Assembly (NCBI GenBank): GCA_046484865.1
Contig: JAWOID010000148.1
Location: forward strand, 1-23,070
DNA length: 23,070 nucleotides
Source of the DNA: Candidatus Krumholzibacteriia bacterium
GTDB taxonomy: Bacteria > Krumholzibacteriota > Krumholzibacteriia > LZORAL124-64-63
Direction of reading: 5' to 3'
Translations under genes and position numbers: made by a program
Part shown: one piece after another, positions 17,967-23,070 of the stretch
How positions within the stretch are numbered: position 1 is the stretch's first letter
How the letters are laid out: each line of letters begins with the position of its first letter
Notes under the pieces: generated by a model
What the model saw: the letters and a program-made list of their open reading frames with translations, nothing else
Databases searched by the model: none
What the model was told of the DNA's origin: nothing

Positions 17967-19319
17967 CTACCAGTCCCGCGGCTGCCGATTCTGGTTCCGC
18001 CAGTCGTCCCGCTGCTGCTGGTTCTGCTGCCGCCAGTCGCTCTGCTGCCAGTCGTCTCGATGCTGCCGCGAGCGCTGCTGGTCCTGCCAGCCGTAGGTCG
18101 TCGGCCTTCCTCGCTGGTCCAGCACCTGCAATTCCTGCGCGTTGAACATGCGGTCGCCCGCGATGTTGCGCTCGTAACCGGTCACCAGCACCCGGTTGCC
18201 CGGCCGCACGCGAGTTCCTCGCGCCTGCAGGTCCCGAGGCGAACCGAGGAGCACGTCGACCGTCCGACCCTCATCCGTCCTCAACGTGCCGACGACGGCC
18301 CTGAGGTCGCCCCGCGGCCCGGTCCGGACGGAGCGCACGTCGACCAGTTCCCCGCTGATCCTCCGGTCGAAGGAGTACTGCGGCAGGTCGTAATCGCCGG
18401 CGGCGGAGCGCACGCGATTGGCCTTGAAGTACGTCTGACCGTCGCGCTCGACCTCGTTCCCGAGGATCGTCACACGCTCGTTCTTGCGCAGCGCCGGCAT
18501 CTCGCTCCGCACGTGCTGGACGTCGCCGAGGACCAGCTTGCGCGTCTGCCCGTCCCGAGTGCGCACCTTCATCACCACGGACTCGGGTCGGCCCCGACGC
18601 GACTGGACCTTCTCGATGCCGACGATCTCGCCCTGGAGCTGTTTGCTGCGGGTCTGCCGCCGATCCCCGAAGCGCGGGTCGCGCTGATCCATCATGTCCA
18701 TCGTGTCCCCGCGCCTCATGTCGCCGCGGTCGTAGCTCATCCACTGGTCCCGCCGCTGGCGCATGTCCTGCCGGGGCATGTCCTGCCGGGGCATGTCCTG
18801 CATGTGCTCGCGGCGCATGTCCCGCATGCTCTGCCGCTGGCTCGGCTGCCGGCGCCCGGGCATACCGAAGCTGTCGTCGCCGTAGCCGGAGTCGTCGCCA
18901 TAGATACCGTAACGATCGTCGCGCAGGTCGTCGTCGTAGGTGCCGTGACGGTCGCTGCGCCAGTCGCTGCGCCAGTCGCTGCGCGTGCCGTAGTCGTCGT
19001 AGGCGCCGTAGCGATCGTCGCGCATACCGTAGTCGTAGCCCCACTCGTCGTAGAAGCCGTCGTCGTATCGGCCGTGATCCCATTCGTACCAGGAGGTGCT
19101 GTAGTCGTCGTACCACATGGCGGTGTCGTCGTCGTACCACATGGCGTCGTCGTCGTCGTACCACATGGCGGTGTCGTCGTCGTACCAGGACCGGTCGTAG
19201 GTGATGTCGCTCCAGTGATCGGTCCGCTGATCTTGCTGCCGGTCCTGCGCCACGGCCGGCAACGCGAGCAACGCCGCCGTCAGGACGACCAGCAAAACGA
19301 GGCTCATGCGCTTTCTCAT
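17967..19319 (-). CDS. Secreted 450-aa protein: Asp/Tyr/Trp-rich repeats, Met/Arg/Gln-rich linker, two OB-fold-like domains, Gln/Arg/Trp tail
   Basis: Sec signal MRKRMSLVLLVVLTAALLALPAVA-Q; strongly G/C-ending codons; RBS GAAAGGCGG before ATG 19319; two internally similar domains of about 80 aa beginning LQGEIV and ISGELV. Confidence 0.88.
   Translation of the reverse strand: MRKRMSLVLLVVLTAALLALPAVAQDRQQDQRTDHWSDITYDRSWYDDDTAMWYDDDDAMWYDDDTAMWYDDYSTSWYEWDHGRYDDGFYDEWGYDYGMRDDRYGAYDDYGTRSDWRSDWRSDRHGTYDDDLRDDRYGIYGDDSGYGDDSFGMPGRRQPSQRQSMRDMRREHMQDMPRQDMPRQDMRQRRDQWMSYDRGDMRRGDTMDMMDQRDPRFGDRRQTRSKQLQGEIVGIEKVQSRRGRPESVVMKVRTRDGQTRKLVLGDVQHVRSEMPALRKNERVTILGNEVERDGQTYFKANRVRSAAGDYDLPQYSFDRRISGELVDVRSVRTGPRGDLRAVVGTLRTDEGRTVDVLLGSPRDLQARGTRVRPGNRVLVTGYERNIAGDRMFNAQELQVLDQRGRPTTYGWQDQQRSRQHRDDWQQSDWRQQNQQQRDDWRNQNRQPRDW
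18761..18801 (-). repeat. Coding 15-bp repeat (QDMPR), 2.7 copies
   Basis: GCATGTCCTGCCGGG twice plus a partial copy on the + strand. Confidence 0.85.
18951..18984 (-). repeat. Coding 12-bp repeat (RSDW), 2.8 copies
   Basis: GTCGCTGCGCCA twice plus GTCGCTGCGC on the + strand. Confidence 0.85.
19104..19187 (-). repeat. Coding 24-bp repeat (WYDDDTAM), 3.5 copies
   Basis: GTCGTCGTACCACATGGCGGTGTC at 19104 and 19152, a variant at 19128 and a half copy at 19176. Confidence 0.92.
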
Positions 19320-19725
19320 GGGTCGACCGCCTTTCGGAAGGAGGTTCACTCGGGCCGGAGCGCGCGAAAGACACGCCGTGCGCGCCGCGGATTCCGGCCC
19401 GCTCGACGCGTTCTCGCTGCGCCGCTCTGGGCGACCTGTTCACAGCAAAGCCCCGGACGGCTCCAGGACATATGGGGCGCGGCACCACGGAGCGCTGGTG
19501 GCGGTCGCCAATTCGCGGTCGGAGGTCTCCTGACCGCTGCGGCGGGACGCCCGGGGCCTGGGGACCGGGAGACCCGATCGGTCTCGCCCGGGTCGCGGTC
19601 GGCGTTCGCCGTCGCAGCGGCCATCGCCTGGTCGTATTAGCTTGCCCACAGATGTTTTCGAGACCGCCGCCGCGGGCCAGCGCTGGTCGAGGCGCCGTCC
19701 GCCGCGGATCGGGGGGAGGCGACCC

Positions 19726-21054
19726 GTGCCGGACGGCACCCGGCAACATGGCACGCTCCACCGGCAGCCGTCCGGGCTCGGCGCTCGCGTGTCTCCAGAC
19801 CGCGAGAACGACCGCTTGCGAACTCGGGGCAGTCCTGCGCGCCGCGTGCGAGTCCGCGTTCGGCCGCGGGCGCCGGCCAGGAGCCATCGCCACGCGTCGG
19901 CGCGCCAGCTCCAAGCGTCGGCGACGGCGCGTCTGCGCCGATTCCGGCAGGGGTCGGTGCTGGTGATCGGGATCACCGCCCTGCTGCTGCTGCTCTGGGA
20001 TGCGCCCACCACCGGTCAGGATGAAGGGGCCCCGGTGGCGAACCCCGCCGCGGCGGAGACCGGCGCCGCGGACACCGTCGCCGCCCCGGCCGACTCCCTG
20101 GGGTTCGGCGAGGCCGCCGACGTCGCCATGAGCCAGGCGAAACGAACGCTCCGGGGGCTCGCCGTCGGTCTCTACGGCTTCCTGCCCAAGCTCGCGATCG
20201 CCCTGGTCGTCCTGCTGCTCGGCGGTCTCTTCGCCAGGGGTGCGGCCGCTCTGCTGCGACGGGCGGCCCGCTCCTGGGATCGCGGGAAGGGCGCAGCCGC
20301 CCTCGGCACGGTGGCGATCTGGATCGTGACGCTGGGCGCGACCCTCAGCATCCTGGCCGGCGACGCGCGGGCGCTGGTGGGCTCGGTGGGCCTCATGGGG
20401 CTCGCGCTCTCGTGGGCGCTCCAGACGCCGATCGAGAGCTTCACCGGCTGGCTCCTGAACTCGTTCAAGGGCTATTACCACGTGGGCGACCGCATCGCCG
20501 TCGGCGACGTCTTCGGCGACGTCTACCGGATCGATGTGCTCACCACCACCGTCTGGGAAGCGGGTGGACCGGGCAAGGCGGTGCAGGCGGCGCAGCCCAC
20601 CGGCGCGCTGATCACCTTCCCCAACTACGAGGTGCTGCGGTCGAACGTCGTGAACTACACCCGCGACTTCCCCTACGTCTGGGACGAGGTCACGGTGGGG
20701 GTGACCAACGAGAGTGATCTGAACCTCGCCCTCGAGGTGGCGCGACGCACGGCCGGCGCGCTTCTCGGGGAGGCCATGCGCGGCCCCATCCTCGCCTACC
20801 GGCAGTTGCTCGACGCGCGTGGTCTGGCGCACGAGGTCGGTTCCGGACCGCAGGTGTACCTCTCGCAGGCCGACTCGTGGATGAACGTGACCGTGCGCTA
20901 CCTCGTGGGCGCCCGGGAGCGACGCCACCAGGCCACCGAACTGGTCCGCGCGCTGGCGCGCGACTTCGCTCTCCCCGAGTACCAGGGCCGTTTGAGCGCC
21001 GCGTACCCGCGGCTGGAACTGCTCCAACCGGAACGCGGGACCGGCGACGCATGA
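19726..21054 (+). CDS. MscS-family small-conductance mechanosensitive channel
   Basis: TM3-like GSVGLMGLALSWALQTPIESFTG, YHVGDRIAVGDVFGDVYRIDVLTT, ITFPN...VVNYT. Start uncertain; GTG 19726 follows GGAGG at 19715-19719. Confidence 0.88.
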   Translation: MPDGTRQHGTLHRQPSGLGARVSPDRENDRLRTRGSPARRVRVRVRPRAPARSHRHASARQLQASATARLRRFRQGSVLVIGITALLLLLWDAPTTGQDEGAPVANPAAAETGAADTVAAPADSLGFGEAADVAMSQAKRTLRGLAVGLYGFLPKLAIALVVLLLGGLFARGAAALLRRAARSWDRGKGAAALGTVAIWIVTLGATLSILAGDARALVGSVGLMGLALSWALQTPIESFTGWLLNSFKGYYHVGDRIAVGDVFGDVYRIDVLTTTVWEAGGPGKAVQAAQPTGALITFPNYEVLRSNVVNYTRDFPYVWDEVTVGVTNESDLNLALEVARRTAGALLGEAMRGPILAYRQLLDARGLAHEVGSGPQVYLSQADSWMNVTVRYLVGARERRHQATELVRALARDFALPEYQGRLSAAYPRLELLQPERGTGDA

Positions 21055-21079
21055 TGAGCCCGGCCGCTAGCCGAGCCGG

Positions 21080-21119
21080 GCGCTGCGGCCGCAGCGCGAG
21101 CGTTCGGCTGCCGCCGAAC
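21080..21119. repeat. 18-bp perfect palindrome followed by a 7-bp hairpin
   Basis: GCGCTGCGGCCGCAGCGC (21080-21097) and GTTCGGC-tgcc-GCCGAAC (21102-21119), just before the RBS of the next gene. Confidence 0.7.
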
Positions 21120-21136
21120 TGAAGGGAAGGGGGAAC

Positions 21137-22555
21137 GTGCCTCCGCGCGACGCGATCGTGGTGGGGTCGGGGCCCAACGGGCTGGCAGCGGCCATCGAAC
21201 TGGCACGGGCGGGCTGGTCGGTGACGGTGCTGGAGGCGGCGGCCACGGTCGGCGGCGGCACGCGGACGGCAGCGCTGACCCTGCCGGGCTTCCGGCACGA
21301 CGTCTGCTCCGCCGTCCATCCGCTGGCGGTCTCGTCCGCATTCCTCCGGAAACTGCCGCTCGAGGCCCACGGACTCGCGTGGCTCCAGCCGGAACTGCCG
21401 CTGGCCCATCCTCTCGACGACGGGACCGCGGCCGTCCTGGCCCGGTCGTTCACCGCCACCGCGGCCTCCATCGGCGGCGACGGGCGAGCCTGGCAGCGCC
21501 TCTTCCGGCCGTTCGTCGAGCGCTGGGACGAGCTCGTCGTGGACACCCTGGCGCCTCTGCAGTGGCCACGACATCCCTGGCTGCTGGCCCGCTTCGGCTG
21601 GCGCGCGCTGGGCGCGGCGCGCGGCCTGGCCGAGAGCCGGCTCGCAGAGCCGCGGGCACGGGCGCTGTTCGCGGGCATGGCAGCCCACGCGATGATGCCG
21701 CTGGACCGGCGCCCATCCGCCGCATTCGGCCTGGTGCTCGGCGCCGCCGGCCATGCCGTCGGCTGGCCGCTGCCGCGCGGGGGTTCGCAGGCGATCGCCG
21801 ACGCCATGACCGCATACCTGGCGACCCTCGGCGGCCGGGTGGAGACCGGTCGCGAGGTGCGCTCCCTGGATGCGCTGCCGCCGGCGCGCGCCGTGCTGCT
21901 GGACCTGACGCCGCGGCAGATCGCGGCCGTGGCCGGACGGCGACTGCCGGACCGTTACCTGCGGGCGCTGTCACGCTACCGATACGGCAGCGGCGTCTTC
22001 AAGCTGGACTGGGCGCTGAGCGAACCGGTTCCGTGGCGGGCGGCTGCCTGCGGCCGGGCCGGAACGGTGCACCTGGGGGGAAGCCTCGAGGAGATCGCCG
22101 CGGCCGAGAGCGACGTCTGGCGCGGTCGCATCCCGGACTCGCCCTACGTGCTCGTCGCGCAGCAGAGCCTCGTCGACCCCACCCGCGCGCCGGTGGGCCA
22201 CCACACGCTGTGGGCGTACTGTCACGTGCCCCACGGCAGCGAGGCGGACCTCACCACGGCCGTGGAGCGACAGATCGAGCGCTTCGCGCCCGGGTTCCGC
22301 GATTGCGTCCTGGCGCGCCACACGCTGACCGCCCGCGGAATGCAGGGCTACAACGCGAACTACGTGGGCGGCGACATCAACGGCGGCGTGCAGGACCTCG
22401 CCCAGCTCTTCGCCCGTCCGGCGGTTCGGCTGAACCCGTACACCACGCCCGCGCACGACATCTTCATCTGTTCCTCGTCCACTCCGCCCGGCGGCGGCGT
22501 CCACGGCATGTGCGGCTACCACGCCGCGCGCGCGGTGCTGCGCCGGCGCCGCTGA
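21137..22555 (+). CDS. FAD-dependent oxidoreductase, phytoene dehydrogenase-like (COG1233 type)
   Basis: Rossmann motif VVGSGPNGLAAA, PGFRHDVCSAVHP, GGSQAIADA, NYVGGDINGG, CSSSTPPGGGVHGMCG. GTG start behind a purine-rich RBS. Confidence 0.92.
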   Translation: MPPRDAIVVGSGPNGLAAAIELARAGWSVTVLEAAATVGGGTRTAALTLPGFRHDVCSAVHPLAVSSAFLRKLPLEAHGLAWLQPELPLAHPLDDGTAAVLARSFTATAASIGGDGRAWQRLFRPFVERWDELVVDTLAPLQWPRHPWLLARFGWRALGAARGLAESRLAEPRARALFAGMAAHAMMPLDRRPSAAFGLVLGAAGHAVGWPLPRGGSQAIADAMTAYLATLGGRVETGREVRSLDALPPARAVLLDLTPRQIAAVAGRRLPDRYLRALSRYRYGSGVFKLDWALSEPVPWRAAACGRAGTVHLGGSLEEIAAAESDVWRGRIPDSPYVLVAQQSLVDPTRAPVGHHTLWAYCHVPHGSEADLTTAVERQIERFAPGFRDCVLARHTLTARGMQGYNANYVGGDINGGVQDLAQLFARPAVRLNPYTTPAHDIFICSSSTPPGGGVHGMCGYHAARAVLRRRR

Positions 22556-22591
22556 GATCGGGTCAGGGGAGCACGAGGAAACTGCGCCCGG

Positions 22592-22620
22592 TTGTCACCA
22601 CGCGGGCGGTCGGCTATGAT
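22592..22620 (+). promoter_or_regulatory. Sigma70-type promoter
   Basis: TTGTCA-N17-TATGAT: each hexamer matches consensus at 5/6, with optimal spacing. Confidence 0.7.
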
Positions 22621-22672
22621 CGAAGCCACTCTTCCGGCGCGAGCGGCGTCACGGAGAGCGGTGCCCACGACC

Positions 22673-23070
22673 ATGCCGCGCACCCGCGCTGCGAAACCAG
22701 GGGATGCGCTCTTGGATTTCCTGGGTCGTCGTCTGCTCTATCCGTGCTGCGGGCTGGGCTTCCTGGTGGCCCTGATGGGTTTTCGCGAGCAGTGGCAGCT
22801 CGCGGCCCTGCCGCCTGATTTCCCCTCGGCTCGGCTCACGTATCCCGTCTACGTGGAGCAGTATCCCGCCGGGGATCCCGATCAGCTGCGCTTCCTGTGC
22901 GAGAGCTGGACGCCCGGCGAGCGCGTCCTGATCGTCGACGCTCAGGGCGAGCGGCACCGGCCCGGCCTCGTGCGAGCGCGTTCGGCGCTGCCCGTCACGG
23001 GTGTGAGCGGGATCATCTTCATGGGCTTCGCCGTGTTCTTCTGTGCGCCTCGCCGTAGGCGGCCGCCAGC
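22673..23070 (+). CDS. Partial membrane protein (TM, extracytoplasmic loop, TM), possibly the N-terminus of a sensor; runs off the window
   Basis: Open frame absent from the ORF track because it has no stop: MPRTRAAKPGDALLDFLGRRLLYPCCGLGFLVALMGFREQWQ...DQLRFLCESWTPGERVLIV...VTGVSGIIFMGFAVFFCAPRR. Alternative starts are GTG 22661 and TTG 22712. Confidence 0.7.
   Translation, partial: MPRTRAAKPGDALLDFLGRRLLYPCCGLGFLVALMGFREQWQLAALPPDFPSARLTYPVYVEQYPAGDPDQLRFLCESWTPGERVLIVDAQGERHRPGLVRARSALPVTGVSGIIFMGFAVFFCAPRRRRPP

Noticed and set aside
14123..18096. Very long alternative ORFs (14123..17449 minus, 1108 aa; 15328..18096 plus, 922 aa; 16718..17734 plus)
   Set aside because: They overlap the motif-complete ATPase, are Arg/Gly/Pro-rich without motifs, and are expected shadows of stop-poor high-GC coding DNA.
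19104..19187. 24-bp repeats as CRISPR or non-coding repeats
   Set aside because: They are in-frame coding repeats (WYDDDTAM) without spacers.
17967..19319. Magnetosome gene cluster
   Set aside because: Only a recalled domain resemblance. No magnetochrome CxxCH motifs and no mamA/B/K/M/E-like genes in the window.
14213..19443. Shared CCTGTTCA...ATATG motif upstream of DUF2231 (14213) and in the repeat-protein/mscS spacer (19436)
   Set aside because: Spacing differs (32 versus 27 bp), and a single 8-bp match is not significant in 23 kb.
18271..21027. 918-aa minus-strand ORF spanning mscS and the repeat-protein gene
   Set aside because: Antisense to mscS and out of frame with the repeat protein, with no recognisable domain; a shadow ORF.
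21137..22555. Carotenoid biosynthesis (crtI) assignment
   Set aside because: No crtB or crtE nearby, and the motifs fit the broader phytoene-dehydrogenase-like oxidoreductases, so no gene symbol was given.

Overview
High-GC bacterial DNA, probably from a diderm (it encodes an outer-membrane beta-barrel and a periplasmic tetraheme cytochrome c3). About 15 intact or partial genes: cytochrome c3, acnA, ferredoxin-NADP reductase, a beta-barrel protein, an O-antigen ligase/polymerase-like protein, a minus-strand run pncA > class V PLP enzyme > RluA-family synthase > sppA, divergent pncB, DUF2231, a Ca2+-type P-type ATPase, a secreted repeat protein, MscS, a phytoene-dehydrogenase-like oxidoreductase and a truncated membrane protein. 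No rRNA, tRNA or CRISPR array was seen. Most notable: (1) a secreted 450-aa protein with an Asp/Tyr/Trp-rich repeat region and two OB-fold-like domains, co-oriented upstream of the Ca2+-type ATPase; (2) a 367-bp internally deleted IS-like element with 26-bp imperfect inverted repeats that supplies the acnA stop codon; (3) an apparent chimeric junction near base 105; (4) a possible FNR/CRP-controlled low-oxygen stress block; (5) several tandem repeats and hairpins next to promoters. All family assignments come from motif recognition, not database searches.
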